From positions 1 through 64,000 of the IMG/VR virus record IMGVR_UViG_2521172628_000001: a DNA stretch of 64,000 nucleotides, one strand, 5' to 3'. This DNA comes from a virus (taxonomy: Duplodnaviria; Caudoviricetes). A program made the translations under genes and the position numbers. The notes beneath the pieces were generated by a model. The model was not told where the DNA came from. It was given only the letters and a program-made list of their open reading frames with translations, and searched no databases. Positions 8,143 to 17,787 of the stretch are shown here, piece after piece; position 1 is the stretch's first letter, and each line of letters begins with the position of its first letter.

Positions 8143-8778
8143 TTACGCGTACTGACGGCGCTGCGGATCCAGCGCCAGGGACTGCGGGGACGGCGAGTCG
8201 GGATCGCCGGGCTGCGAGGCGCCGTCCTTGCGACACACCAACGCGTCCGGGTCGTAGCTGGGGGCTTGGAGGCTGTAGCCGTCTGGGCAGGTGGGTCCTG
8301 GCGGGCCCTGCTCCCCGGTGTTGCCCTTGACGCCTTGCGGTCCTGCCGGGCCAGCTTCGCCTTGGGGCCCCGCAGGCCCCGCCGGTCCTGCGGGGCCGGT
8401 GGCGCCGACAGAACCGGGCTCCCCAGCCTGTCCGTTGGTTCCGTTGGCGCCGCTCTTGCCATTCGTCCCCGGCGAGCCTGAGGCGCCGGGCGATCCAGGT
8501 TCGCCCTGGTCGCCCTTCTCACCTTTGGGTCCTTGTGGGCCGACGACGCTCTTGCCAGCTTCGCCGCGCGGTCCGGAGACGGGCTTGCCGCCGAGGTCGC
8601 GGACCTGCTGGGAGAGGGCGGCAATGGCCGTGTCTTTATCGTGCAGGTCATCTGCCATGCCTTGGATGCTCAGCACGATCCAGGCGAACGCGGAGCCCAC
8701 CGCGACGGCGGCTATGACGGCCAGGAGGTCGCCGCGGCGCCAACGCCGTTCCTCGGCCCGGATCTGTGCCCGCGTCAC
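8143..8778 (-). CDS. Collagen-like membrane-anchored protein
   Basis: N-terminal TM helix, short coiled coil, long Gly-X-Y run, C-terminal CPDGY...LVC. Confidence 0.88.
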   Translation of the reverse strand: MTRAQIRAEERRWRRGDLLAVIAAVAVGSAFAWIVLSIQGMADDLHDKDTAIAALSQQVRDLGGKPVSGPRGEAGKSVVGPQGPKGEKGDQGEPGSPGASGSPGTNGKSGANGTNGQAGEPGSVGATGPAGPAGPAGPQGEAGPAGPQGVKGNTGEQGPPGPTCPDGYSLQAPSYDPDALVCRKDGASQPGDPDSPSPQSLALDPQRRQYA

Positions 8779-9071
8779 GATCCAGACCCCTGCATGAGCA
8801 ACAGGATCACGGGCAGCATGATCCCGATCAGTGGCACTATCACCGAGGCGATCAGCCACCGGCGTGTGGCCACGATCTTCTCTGTGTCCTTCTCCCGCAG
8901 CGTCTCCAGTTGGGAGACGCGGGAGGAGAGAGCCTCGTGCCGCAGGTCGTACAGCTTCTGGTCGACCTTCTCGTCGAGGCGCCGGCCGAGCTGCTGGATG
9001 TCGTCGCGGACGTCGGTGAACCGGTCCTCGAACCTTCTGACAACCTCGCCGAGGGTCGGTTCATCCGACAC
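8775..9071 (-). CDS. Coiled-coil membrane protein of the lysis cassette
   Basis: [13 protein letters not shown]... with C-terminal TM helix. Confidence 0.7.
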   Translation of the reverse strand: MSDEPTLGEVVRRFEDRFTDVRDDIQQLGRRLDEKVDQKLYDLRHEALSSRVSQLETLREKDTEKIVATRRWLIASVIVPLIGIMLPVILLLMQGSGS

Positions 9072-9086
9072 GTGGGGCTCCTACGG

Positions 9087-9443
9087 TCAGACGCTGGTCG
9101 GGCCGGTGGGCGCCGTGGGCGAGGAAGGGGTGACCTGTACGCGGGTCAGGAGGGTCAGCCCGGCGAGGACGACGGTGTTGATGGCGCCCACGGTGGACTG
9201 CGAGACGTCGTAGCCGAGCGTCCCGACCAGAACGGCCCCTGCTGTGACGATCGCGGTGAACGCTTGCGGGGCGATCGGCCGGGTCATGGCTGCGGCGATG
9301 CCGCCGAGGATCGCGGATACGGCGGCCACGATGGCGCCGGCGGTCTCCGCGCTCAGGCTGGTGACGCCGAGGGACACGATGAGGCCGAGGACGGCTGACA
9401 GCGTGTTCAGAACGACGACGGGCTCTCTGCCGAAGATCTTCAC
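9087..9443 (-). CDS. Holin-like multi-TM protein
   Basis: VKIFGREP...four hydrophobic segments...RVQVTP, directly after endolysin. Confidence 0.78.
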   Translation of the reverse strand: MKIFGREPVVVLNTLSAVLGLIVSLGVTSLSAETAGAIVAAVSAILGGIAAAMTRPIAPQAFTAIVTAGAVLVGTLGYDVSQSTVGAINTVVLAGLTLLTRVQVTPSSPTAPTGPTSV

Positions 9444-9463
9444 GGTGGTTGTCCTTTCGGGGG

Positions 9464-10384
9464 TTAGGCGACGACGGTGAACAGCCCGGTCTGGGCGCCG
9501 AGTTTGGTCAGGCTGGTGATGCCGGGGATGCCGTTCGCGTCCGTGCCGGTGTAGCCGAGGCTCTTCTGGAAGCGGCTGTAGGCGGCGACCGTTGTGGAGC
9601 CGAAGCTGCCGTCGCCTGCATACGTCTTGGCGAGGAAGCCGCGGTGGACGAGTGCGGCTTCGACGAGGTTGGTGCCAGCCATGTAGGTGACGTGGCCCTG
9701 CTTGGCGCCGGGGTCGGTCTTGGCGGCGGTGATGAGGCGGGAGAGGTCGACGCGCGGCTTGGCCGGGGTGGGGGCGGGTACGGCCTTGGGCGGCTTGGTG
9801 GCGAGCTGCTTCTTCACGTCGGCGCGGAAGGCGTCCATGTCGAAGCTGGGGTCGATCTTTCCGGGCTGGCATTCCTTGTGCCCGGCGACGGACTTCTCTG
9901 TCCAGCCGTGCGCCCGGCAGATCGCGGCGGCCCACAGCACGGCCTGCGTGTACTGGCTGACCGGGTACGGGTCTTTGCCGTTGCCGAGGTTCTCGATTTC
10001 CAGGCCGTAGAGGACGTCGTTGCCGTCGGCGTTGGCCTGGTCGTCCTTGGGGAGCGGGGACTTCTCTTCGCGGATGGCGTCGAGGACGTCGAGGTCGACC
10101 AACCCGGCGTGGTTGGTGCGGCCGTTGCCGATGGTCCACAGGCTTTCGGTCTTGCCGAGCCAGGCGTGGCAGAGCGGGCCGGGGAGGTCGGGGCGGCCGT
10201 TGAAGCAGACTTCGCGGTCACCGTGTCCGGCGGTGTGGTGAATCAGCACACCGATGACGGGACCGAAGGTCTTGCCGGTGGCGGTGTCGCGGTTGTGGGT
10301 TCGCCAGCCGGTGTGTTCGTGGACGGTGAGGCCTTCGGCTCTGAGTGCGGCGAGCATCTTGTCTGCTGTGAGTGGTGTGGCCAT
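9464..10384 (-). CDS. Endolysin, N-acetylmuramoyl-L-alanine amidase with C-terminal PG-binding domain
   Basis: IHHTAG, NHAG, GLEIEN, GHKE; DGSFGSTT/NGIPG C-terminal motifs. Confidence 0.92.
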   Translation of the reverse strand: MATPLTADKMLAALRAEGLTVHEHTGWRTHNRDTATGKTFGPVIGVLIHHTAGHGDREVCFNGRPDLPGPLCHAWLGKTESLWTIGNGRTNHAGLVDLDVLDAIREEKSPLPKDDQANADGNDVLYGLEIENLGNGKDPYPVSQYTQAVLWAAAICRAHGWTEKSVAGHKECQPGKIDPSFDMDAFRADVKKQLATKPPKAVPAPTPAKPRVDLSRLITAAKTDPGAKQGHVTYMAGTNLVEAALVHRGFLAKTYAGDGSFGSTTVAAYSRFQKSLGYTGTDANGIPGITSLTKLGAQTGLFTVVA

Positions 10385-10409
10385 GCGGGTCCTCCCGAGC
10401 TCGGATGCT

Positions 10410-10456
10410 CCTTCGAATCGTAGCTGTAGCCACCCATTTCACCTACGATTCATAGG
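10410..10456. promoter_or_regulatory. Two copies of a 15-bp palindrome CCTWYGAWTCRWAGG
   Basis: ccttcgaatcgtagc (10410-10424) and cctacgattcatagg (10442-10456). Confidence 0.65.
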
Positions 10457-10558
10457 CTACAGTTCAATCATCCCTGGCTCGGGGATGGCGGTAGGGGGCT
10501 TTCTTTGCGGGTTGACCCCTGCCGCCTCAACCCGCAAACAACCCGCAGGAGCAGCGCT

Positions 10559-10924
10559 ATGAGCAATCTCGTAGACCACGCCCGTCGCGAACTCGCCCTC
10601 ATCGGCGAGGATCAGGACGTCATCGACGGCATCGCCAAGGTGATCGAAGCGTTTACGAAGGTCGCCGACTCCGGCGGATCCACGCCGTTCGTCATCGCCC
10701 GCATCGAGAAGCTGATGCGCTTCGAGCCCCTGTCGCCTCTCACGGATGACCCGGCGGAGTGGCAGGACCAGTCCGAGGCGTCCGGTGTTCCGCTGTGGCA
10801 GTCCACGCGTAACCCGAGCGCGTTCAGCACGGACGGCGGCAAGACGTACACGCTGCTCGGCGAAGAACCGCAGACCAGCGACAGCGGGCAGCCGGTCCAC
10901 GCCAGTCAGCCGAAGGCGGTGTGA
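10559..10924 (+). CDS. Hypothetical phage protein
   Basis: AGGAG RBS; MSNLVDHARRELALIG...PLSPLTDDPAEW. Confidence 0.8.
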   Translation: MSNLVDHARRELALIGEDQDVIDGIAKVIEAFTKVADSGGSTPFVIARIEKLMRFEPLSPLTDDPAEWQDQSEASGVPLWQSTRNPSAFSTDGGKTYTLLGEEPQTSDSGQPVHASQPKAV

Positions 10925-11952
10925 GCGTGCACCGCCTCACGGTCGACTACCGCAAGGACGAGTCCGAGCGCCGTGGCACCCTCCTGAACAAGGGCTACTT
11001 CCTCAACGACCTGCCCCGACTCATCCTCCTGTGCCGCCTGTTCGGCCACCGACCCGTCGTGGACGGCACTACCGGGTTCCGCGACCGGCCGGGCCATCGC
11101 TGGGTGTGCTGCGACCGCTGCGGTGTACGCCCTGATCCTCAAGGCCAGCTAAACCCGGCAGTCTCCGAGATCGGCGACCAGTACGTGGGTCCGTTCGACA
11201 ACCAACTCGACCTTGGTGCTCAGGCTCGGACGCCCGGCCCGTGGCCGAAGCAGCCCACCGGCGAGCTCGGCGCCCAGGTCATCATCGGCAAATCGTTCCC
11301 CGGCTGGGACGCCGAACTGAAGATCGGCAACGCAGGCAGCGAGCACACCCTCGCCGCCCACCTCCGCCTCCACCCCTTCGGCGCGATCTACCTGCACACC
11401 GAACGCTTCGGGACGTGGCTCCAGCGCCGCCTCAACCCGGTCGGCTACCAGTCCCGCGTCATCTCCATCGGAATCCAGTACGGCGGCATCGACTGGAAGC
11501 TGTGGGCCAAGCGCGACGAGTCGTCCCGCGACGACCCGTGGTGGATGCGCGGCACGATCAAACTCGACCCGCGCGACAAGCTGTTCGGCCGCCGACGGTA
11601 CGAGTACGAGAACGTCGGCGACCCGGTCACCGTCACGGTGCGCATGCCGCACGGCGACGACCACTCCGTGAAGCTTCAGCTCCAGCGGGTCACCGACGGC
11701 CGGAACCGGCGGCGCTTCCACTCCTGGACGGCTGACTGGTCGACCCGGCCGGGCATTCCCACGAAGCAGCACGATCGTGGCCTGACGCTGGGCTCGGCGG
11801 TCGACGTCAGCGCGGAGTCCGTCACCGAGGGCGCGTGGCCCGCTGAGGCTGCTGCGGGGATCGCCGCGCAGATGACGAAGGACCGGACCCGGTACGGCTA
11901 CCGAGCCCCCGTCGTGGTCGACGGCAGCGACTTCGACGTGGAGGTCGACTGA
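10921..11952 (+). CDS. Hypothetical protein
   Basis: 343-aa ORF coupled by GTGA overlap; CRLFGH..CDRCG motif. Confidence 0.8.
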   Translation: MSVHRLTVDYRKDESERRGTLLNKGYFLNDLPRLILLCRLFGHRPVVDGTTGFRDRPGHRWVCCDRCGVRPDPQGQLNPAVSEIGDQYVGPFDNQLDLGAQARTPGPWPKQPTGELGAQVIIGKSFPGWDAELKIGNAGSEHTLAAHLRLHPFGAIYLHTERFGTWLQRRLNPVGYQSRVISIGIQYGGIDWKLWAKRDESSRDDPWWMRGTIKLDPRDKLFGRRRYEYENVGDPVTVTVRMPHGDDHSVKLQLQRVTDGRNRRRFHSWTADWSTRPGIPTKQHDRGLTLGSAVDVSAESVTEGAWPAEAAAGIAAQMTKDRTRYGYRAPVVVDGSDFDVEVD

Positions 11953-11953
11953 C

Positions 11954-12067
11954 GTGACCGTCATCTGCCAGTTGCTCGGTCTCCTGTTCGCGTTCGTGGT
12001 GCTCGCCCCGCACGCGCCCGTCCACTACACCTACCCGCCACCCGCGACCGCCCGGAGCCACCCATGA
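11954..12067 (+). CDS. Small hydrophobic peptide (37 aa)
   Basis: VTVICQLLGLLFAFVVLAP...; fills the gap and ends in ATGA overlap. Confidence 0.5.
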   Translation: MTVICQLLGLLFAFVVLAPHAPVHYTYPPPATARSHP

Positions 12068-12402
12068 GCGACAACCTCGACGAGTTGAAGGCCAAGGGCG
12101 TCGTCTCCCACACCGTCATCGCAGGCGGCTCCCCGGAACAGACCGCCAACGTCACCAGCGTCGAGCTGGACGGCAGCCCCGTCTTCATCGACGACTGGGT
12201 GATCACCTCGCCACCCCCTCCGAACATCACGATCAACGGCACCGACGGGCAGCCCCTCGTCACCATCCACCCCGACGGCACCCTCGACTACGGGCCCGGC
12301 TACACCCCGGACGAAGCCGCCCGCACCTTCTGGGACGCCCTCCGCAGGCTCATGCCCGCACGCTGCCCGGCCTGCGGCCACATCGGACTGGAGACGCCGT
12401 GA
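12064..12402 (+). CDS. Hypothetical protein
   Basis: Coupled ORF; YGPGYTPDEAARTFW..CPACG. Confidence 0.7.
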   Translation: MSDNLDELKAKGVVSHTVIAGGSPEQTANVTSVELDGSPVFIDDWVITSPPPPNITINGTDGQPLVTIHPDGTLDYGPGYTPDEAARTFWDALRRLMPARCPACGHIGLETP

Positions 12403-12923
12403 CGGACCTGCACGGCTGGATCACCCAGCAAGTCGACCGCGTCGAAGCTGTTGCCCGCGCGGCAGCCGACGGCGACTCCGGTGAGTGGTTCGTCGGCCGC
12501 AAGTGGAACGTCTACCGCACTGAAGACCAAGAGCTGGGTACCGGCGTCGAGATCAACCGGCTCGTCGTGTACGGCAACGTGCAGGCGCAGTCCGAACACA
12601 TCGCCCTCAACGACCCGGCCGCCGTCCTCCGCCGCTGCGCCGCCGACCGGAAGATCCTCGACGACCACAACGTCTTCGCCGACGGCAGCACCCACTGCGT
12701 CGGCTGCGGCACCGACTACGAGAGCGGCCCGCACGTCGACAACACCAACGACTGCCCCACCTTGCTCTCCCTCGCCGAAGGCCACGGCCTCACCCCGGAA
12801 ATCCTCGCCAGCCTCGACCGACCCGAACTGCCGCCCCGCCCCGCCTTCAAGCCGCGCGGCCCGGAACCAGACACCAGCCACGTCCCACCCGCCCTCCGAG
12901 GCCCCCACTGGAGATCCCGATGA
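12399..12923 (+). CDS. DUF6221-like protein
   Basis: HIALNDPAAVLRRCAADRKILDDH...CPTLLSLA. Confidence 0.7.
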   Translation: MTDLHGWITQQVDRVEAVARAAADGDSGEWFVGRKWNVYRTEDQELGTGVEINRLVVYGNVQAQSEHIALNDPAAVLRRCAADRKILDDHNVFADGSTHCVGCGTDYESGPHVDNTNDCPTLLSLAEGHGLTPEILASLDRPELPPRPAFKPRGPEPDTSHVPPALRGPHWRSR

Positions 12924-13195
12924 CCGAACAGCCCACCCCCGACAAGCCCCGCGCCTCCATCATCGAGATCATCGCCACCGGCTACAAGCCCACCAACGAC
13001 GGCCCCGGCAGCATGATCATCCCCCGGGAACTCCGCATCAACGGCGTCTCCGTCTACAGCGCCAACCGCGACAACGGCGGCATCAAAGTCAGCGACATTC
13101 GGCTCGGCGACGACATGGTCACCGTCAACGTCACCCTCGTCGCCCGCAAGCTCGTCATCGCCGCCGACGGCGACCTCGACGAGGAGGCGCCGTGA
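12920..13195 (+). CDS. Hypothetical protein
   Basis: Coupled ORF; IIPRELRINGV. Confidence 0.7.
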   Translation: MTEQPTPDKPRASIIEIIATGYKPTNDGPGSMIIPRELRINGVSVYSANRDNGGIKVSDIRLGDDMVTVNVTLVARKLVIAADGDLDEEAP

Positions 13196-14250
13196 CCGAA
13201 CCCACGGCGCCGCCCGGACGCCTCGACGTCTACGGATGGCTCGCTGACCGCGACGGCTGCGGAACCATCCGCATCATCACCCCCCTCACCACACTCCGCA
13301 CCCAAGGCCACACCGCAGGCTGGTCCGAACGCATCGACACCAACCAGCTCCCCACCCGCGCCCTCATCGGCCAACGCATCTGCAAGGACGGCCCCACCCA
13401 AGGCTGGCACGACATCGCGAAAACGTTCGGCCGCCCCAAGCTCATCTACGAGGTCGACGACAACCTGTGGGACGTCGACTACCGCAGCGCGAAAGCCCAC
13501 GAGTTCTTCAACGAACCCGGCGTCGTCGACAACCTCAACAAGAACATCCGCATCGCCGACGCCGTCACCGTCACCACCGACCCCCTCGCCGACCTCATCC
13601 GCCCACACAACCCCAACGTCCACGTCATCCCCAACTACCTGCCCGACTGGCTCCTCCACCACCAACGCCCCCGGCAAGAGGGCAAGGTCGTCATCGGGTG
13701 GGGAGGCTCCCAAACCCACGACATGGACCTCGCCGAAGCCGCACCCCAACTCCGCCGCTACCTCAACCGCGCGCCAGCCCACGTCGAGCTCCACGTCATG
13801 GGCGAACCCAAGCCGCCCCCGCGCCGGCGCGGCGTCATCCGCCCCCACACCCCGTGGACCGAACGGCACATGATCCCCGAAGACCGGGTCCGGTGGACGT
13901 CGTGGAACAAGAGCGTGGCGGACTACTGGCGGGCCATCGACTACGACATCATGCTCGCCCCCCTCCGCCCCCATCCGTTTAACCGCAGCAAGAGTCCGCT
14001 GCGCCCACTGGAGGCGGCGATGCTCGGGATCCCCGTCATCGCTACCGACTACGGCCCGTATGCCGAGTTCGTCGACCACGGCGTCACCGGGCTCCTCGCG
14101 AAGAACGACCACGACTGGGGCCGCCACCTCCGCGCCCTCGTCGAGGACGACGCGATGCGGACCGAGATGGGCGCGAACGCGCGGGCGAAGGCGGCGGCCT
14201 GGACGATCGAAGCGAACGTCGGCGATTGGCAGAAAGTGCTCCTCGGATGA
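13192..14250 (+). CDS. Glycosyltransferase, GT-B fold (GT4-like)
   Basis: DGCGTIRI, YEVDDNLW, ADAVTVTT, FNRSKSPLRPLEAAMLGIPVIATD..PY..VDHGVTG. Confidence 0.9.
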   Translation: MTEPTAPPGRLDVYGWLADRDGCGTIRIITPLTTLRTQGHTAGWSERIDTNQLPTRALIGQRICKDGPTQGWHDIAKTFGRPKLIYEVDDNLWDVDYRSAKAHEFFNEPGVVDNLNKNIRIADAVTVTTDPLADLIRPHNPNVHVIPNYLPDWLLHHQRPRQEGKVVIGWGGSQTHDMDLAEAAPQLRRYLNRAPAHVELHVMGEPKPPPRRRGVIRPHTPWTERHMIPEDRVRWTSWNKSVADYWRAIDYDIMLAPLRPHPFNRSKSPLRPLEAAMLGIPVIATDYGPYAEFVDHGVTGLLAKNDHDWGRHLRALVEDDAMRTEMGANARAKAAAWTIEANVGDWQKVLLG

Positions 14251-14444
14251 GCGCCCCGCTGAACCTGACCGCTGAGCAGCTCCGCACGCTCGGCATCGTT
14301 CTCGACGAGCTGACCGAGATCACCAAGACCCACGGCGTCAGTCTCACCCCGCAGGCCCGGCTGGAGCTGGGGCTGGACGACAACGTGCTGATGGTGTCGT
14401 GGGACGGCAGCGCCTACGTCATCGACGACCGCAACGGAGACTGA
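14247..14444 (+). CDS. Hypothetical protein
   Basis: ATGA-coupled ORF MSAPLNLTAEQLRTL. Confidence 0.65.
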   Translation: MSAPLNLTAEQLRTLGIVLDELTEITKTHGVSLTPQARLELGLDDNVLMVSWDGSAYVIDDRNGD

Positions 14445-14450
14445 CCACCC

Positions 14451-15101
14451 ATGAACCTCCCCATCCCCGCCGCCGGACGCGCCACCTTCCAGGGCGCCCG
14501 CCCGTTCCCGCACCTCGTCCTCGACGACCTGTGGGACCCCGACCAGCTTCGCGAGTGCGCGGCCGAGTTCCCGCCCGCCCACGACCCCCGCTGGACGACC
14601 TACCCCGACCCGAAGGAGTACGGCAAACGCGCCGGCGACTCCCGCATGTGGGGGCCGGCCACGAAGGCGTTCTTCGAGCAGGCCCGGTCCGAGGCGACCT
14701 GCCGGACGCTGGAGGAGCTGACGGGGATCGGCCCGCTCACTGCGGACGATCTCGGCGGCGGGATGCACATGACCGGCGAAGGCGGGCGGCTGGCTCTCCA
14801 TCGCGACTTCAACCGGCACCCCACGCTGCCGCTGGAGCGCCGCCTGAACCTCCTCGTGTTCCTCAACGAGGAGTGGGAGCGGGAGTGGGGCGGCGTCCTC
14901 TACCTCGGGCGCGAGCGGGAGGTGGAGGTGCTGCCGCTGTTCAACCGCACCGTCCTCTTCGCGTGCGGCCCGGAGTCGTGGCACGGGCATCCGGAGCCGA
15001 TCGTCGGCGAGCACTGGCGCAAGAGCCTCGCGATCTACATGTACGCCCCTTTGCGCGAGGAGACCGGCAACGCTCACAGCACCATCTGGGGTGGCGAATG
15101 A
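14451..15101 (+). CDS. 2OG-Fe(II) oxygenase (prolyl-hydroxylase-like subgroup)
   Basis: PFPHLVLDD, HRDFN (HxD), RRLNLLVFLN, SWHGHP, RKSLA. Confidence 0.9.
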   Translation: MNLPIPAAGRATFQGARPFPHLVLDDLWDPDQLRECAAEFPPAHDPRWTTYPDPKEYGKRAGDSRMWGPATKAFFEQARSEATCRTLEELTGIGPLTADDLGGGMHMTGEGGRLALHRDFNRHPTLPLERRLNLLVFLNEEWEREWGGVLYLGREREVEVLPLFNRTVLFACGPESWHGHPEPIVGEHWRKSLAIYMYAPLREETGNAHSTIWGGE

Positions 15102-15775
15102 GCCCGCGCACCTGGGCCGTCACCCCGTCCAACGGGCGGCCCATGCTTGACGACCTGATCGACTCCCTCAAGGAACAGGTCTATGACGTCATCGTGGTGG
15201 CCAACAACTGGCAGCGGCCGGACCCCGCGGACTGGCTCGAATCTTCGGGGCTTCCCGTGGTGGTCGCGGACGGTGGCGCCGATAGGAACATTTCCCGCTG
15301 GTGGAACATCGGCTTCGACCTGGCGGCGCAGCATGCGGGCTGGCTGGGCGACAGCGAGTGGGACGTACTCGTCGTGAACGACGACGTCGTCTGCCCGCCC
15401 GGCCTGGTGGAGACGCTCGGCGCCCGGATGCGTGAGCGAGGCGCGGCAATGGCCTACCCGGATCAGGCGGGCGGCCAGCAGGAGATCCTCCACACGGGGG
15501 CCGCGCCGGTGCCGCTCAGTCAGCGGATCACCGGGTACGCGTTCATGCTCCGCGGCGAGAGCGGGCTGCGGGCGGACGAGGACTTCATGTGGTGGGCAGG
15601 CGACGACGACCTCGGGCTGCGGGCCCAGGCTGCTGGTGGCGCGCTGCTCGTGCCCGGCATCCCAGTCGAGCATCGGGCGCCAGACGTCCAGACGAACGCG
15701 AGCCCTGTCCTGTCGGCGCAGACGGCCAGGGACATGGACACGTTCGTTGCGAAGTGGGGGGTCAGACCGTGGTGA
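15098..15775 (+). CDS. Glycosyltransferase, GT-A fold (GT2-like)
   Basis: NISRWWNIG, LVVNDDVV, ITGYAFMLRG, WWAGDDDL. Confidence 0.82.
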   Translation: MSPRTWAVTPSNGRPMLDDLIDSLKEQVYDVIVVANNWQRPDPADWLESSGLPVVVADGGADRNISRWWNIGFDLAAQHAGWLGDSEWDVLVVNDDVVCPPGLVETLGARMRERGAAMAYPDQAGGQQEILHTGAAPVPLSQRITGYAFMLRGESGLRADEDFMWWAGDDDLGLRAQAAGGALLVPGIPVEHRAPDVQTNASPVLSAQTARDMDTFVAKWGVRPW

Positions 15776-15796
15776 ACGTTGGAGAGGGGCGAGCGG

Positions 15797-16321
15797 ATGC
15801 ATCCTGAAGCGCGTGAGGGGCTGGCCCGTCAACTGGACGCGTCCTGCCTGGACCTGAGCGCCCCGTGGCGGGTGCTGGATCTGGGCGGCCGGGACATCAA
15901 CGGCAGCATCCGGGACCTGCTCCCGGCGGCGAAGTGGACGGGCCTGGACGTCGAGCCGGGACCGGGCGTGGACCTGGTGCACGATGCGACGAGGCCGTGG
16001 CCGGACGCCTTCGAGCGGTTCGACCTCGTGGTGTGCACGGAGGTGCTGGAGCATGTCGAACGCTGGGGTGCGCTGCTACGGACCGCGTCGCAGGCGCTCG
16101 AAGCTGGCGGCCCGGAGGCCCTGTTCGTGACGTGCGCATCGACCGGGCGCCCGGAGCATGGGGCGTCGGGTGGACCGCGCCCGCTGCCGGGCGAGTGGTA
16201 CGGCAACGTCTCCCCGGGCGCCCTACGGAACGCGCTGGAGGGCCTGTTCCGGTACTCGCACGTCGAGTACCGGGCCAACCCCGGGGACGCGTATGCGTGG
16301 GCTCAAGGGGTGCTGCGGTGA
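15797..16321 (+). CDS. Class I SAM-dependent methyltransferase
   Basis: VLDLGGRDING, GLDVEPGPGVD, FDLVVCTEVLEH. Confidence 0.88.
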   Translation: MHPEAREGLARQLDASCLDLSAPWRVLDLGGRDINGSIRDLLPAAKWTGLDVEPGPGVDLVHDATRPWPDAFERFDLVVCTEVLEHVERWGALLRTASQALEAGGPEALFVTCASTGRPEHGASGGPRPLPGEWYGNVSPGALRNALEGLFRYSHVEYRANPGDAYAWAQGVLR

Positions 16322-16737
16322 GCATCGTCGAGTTCCTGCGGGCGCGGTACGCGGAGGCGCGGCAGCGCGAGGAAAATCAGCGGCGTGTTCGCGGCGACTT
16401 CCCGTATGAGGTCAGCATCTGCAAGGAGTTCGACGAGGAGTTCATAGAGATCGGAGCGGGCGGGTTCCGCATGGCGCCTGCCGAGTTCTGGGAGCGGTAC
16501 GGGGAACCCGCAGTCGATCCTGCGGTGCTCGCCGATCTGGACGCCAAGCAGCAGTTGATCAGTCAGATCTTCGCATACGAAGCGAAGATCGATGGCGAGT
16601 GGGGGTGTTGCCACAGCGCCGGGCAGATCGAGGCCGGGATGTGCGAAGGGACTCGGCCGGACGACATCCCCGCGCTGCGGCTCCTCGCGGTGTCGTTCGC
16701 CGCGCACCCGGACTACGACGAAAGGTGGCGGCCATGA
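16318..16737 (+). CDS. DUF6221-like protein
   Basis: IVEFLRAR...VLADLDAKQQL...LRLLAVSFAAHPDYDERWRP. Confidence 0.75.
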   Translation: MSIVEFLRARYAEARQREENQRRVRGDFPYEVSICKEFDEEFIEIGAGGFRMAPAEFWERYGEPAVDPAVLADLDAKQQLISQIFAYEAKIDGEWGCCHSAGQIEAGMCEGTRPDDIPALRLLAVSFAAHPDYDERWRP

Positions 16738-16955
16738 GCGGCCAGTGGCTGGCCCAGGAGGTCAGCGACACCGCAGTCCACACCGTCCCTCTCGACGACG
16801 TCATCGTCCACGAGTTCACCCCCGACTGCCCCTGCGGGCCCCGCGCCCGGTGCATCCCGCGCGAGGGGCGTCCGGACGGGTGGACGTACACCCATCACAG
16901 CGCGGACGGGCGCGAGTTCAACGAACCCGACTACCAAGGGGAGGGGCGACCATGA
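16734..16955 (+). CDS. Small metal-binding hypothetical protein
   Basis: HTVPLDD..H...CPCGP...HHSADGRE. Confidence 0.7.
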   Translation: MSGQWLAQEVSDTAVHTVPLDDVIVHEFTPDCPCGPRARCIPREGRPDGWTYTHHSADGREFNEPDYQGEGRP

Positions 16956-17581
16956 CCGCCTTCGGAGAGATCACCGTCGCGATCCCAGCGCACGTCGCCC
17001 GGGTGGCGAACGGCATGCTCGACCGCGCCGTCGCCTCCGTAAAGAACCAGCTGCTCCCGGCCGCCGACATCAGCATCGCCATCGACGAACACGGCGACGG
17101 CGCGGCCATCACCCGACAGCGGGCCCTGGACGCGGTGAAGACAGAGTGGACCGCCTTCCTCGACTCGGATGATTGGTTCTACCCCGAGCATCTGAAGGTG
17201 CTGGCCGCCGGGGCGCGCATCTTCAACGCCCAGTACGTCTTCAGCTATTACATGGTCCACTTCCCCGACGGGAAGCCCTGGCCCGCCAACGACCCGCTCG
17301 GGCACTTCGGGAAGCAGTTCAACCCGCAGGCACCGCACCAGACGACGATCACCACGCTCGTGCGCACCGAACTCGCACAGAGCATCGGGTTCTTCGACCC
17401 GCCCGAAGGAGCTGAGATCGGCGGGCATCGGGGCGGCGAGGACTGGTTCTTCACCGTCGGCTGCGCACAAGCCGGAGCCAAGATGGTGCACGTCCCGAGG
17501 CGAACCTGGGCGTGGTGCCACCATGGCGCGAACAGCTCCGGGATCCCCGGGCGCGGCGACGCAGCAGCGAGGCGGCCATGA
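16952..17581 (+). CDS. Glycosyltransferase, GT-A fold (GT2-like)
   Basis: ITVAIPAH, RAVASVKNQ, AFLDSDDWFYPEHL, GEDW. Confidence 0.9.
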   Translation: MTAFGEITVAIPAHVARVANGMLDRAVASVKNQLLPAADISIAIDEHGDGAAITRQRALDAVKTEWTAFLDSDDWFYPEHLKVLAAGARIFNAQYVFSYYMVHFPDGKPWPANDPLGHFGKQFNPQAPHQTTITTLVRTELAQSIGFFDPPEGAEIGGHRGGEDWFFTVGCAQAGAKMVHVPRRTWAWCHHGANSSGIPGRGDAAARRP

Positions 17582-17787
17582 ACGGCCCGCAGTGCTTCAG
17601 CGAGGCCGAGCGCCTACTCGCAGCCGCCAACGAGTACGAAGCCGAAGGCGACCTGGAGATGGCAGGCCAGCGCCGCTCCGAAGCGCAGACGCGCGCCCTG
17701 CTCGCCCTGACAGCCAGCCACGCCGCCAGCACTCACCCGCAGAGCACCAGTTGGGACCACGCCATCAACGGACAGGAGCAGCCGTGA
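17578..17787 (+). CDS. Hypothetical protein
   Basis: ATGA-coupled; MNGPQCFSEAERLL. Confidence 0.65.
   Translation: MNGPQCFSEAERLLAAANEYEAEGDLEMAGQRRSEAQTRALLALTASHAASTHPQSTSWDHAINGQEQP

Noticed and set aside
10415-10462. Apparent RNA pseudoknot (gaatcgtag/ctacgattc with ctgtagcc/ggctacag)
   Set aside because: One connecting loop would be 0 nt; better explained by two copies of the 15-bp DNA palindrome
14451-15101. TET/JBP 5mC dioxygenase working with the C5 methyltransferase
   Set aside because: Motifs (PFPH, RRLNLLVFLN, SWHG) fit the prolyl-hydroxylase-like group better; kept only as an alternative
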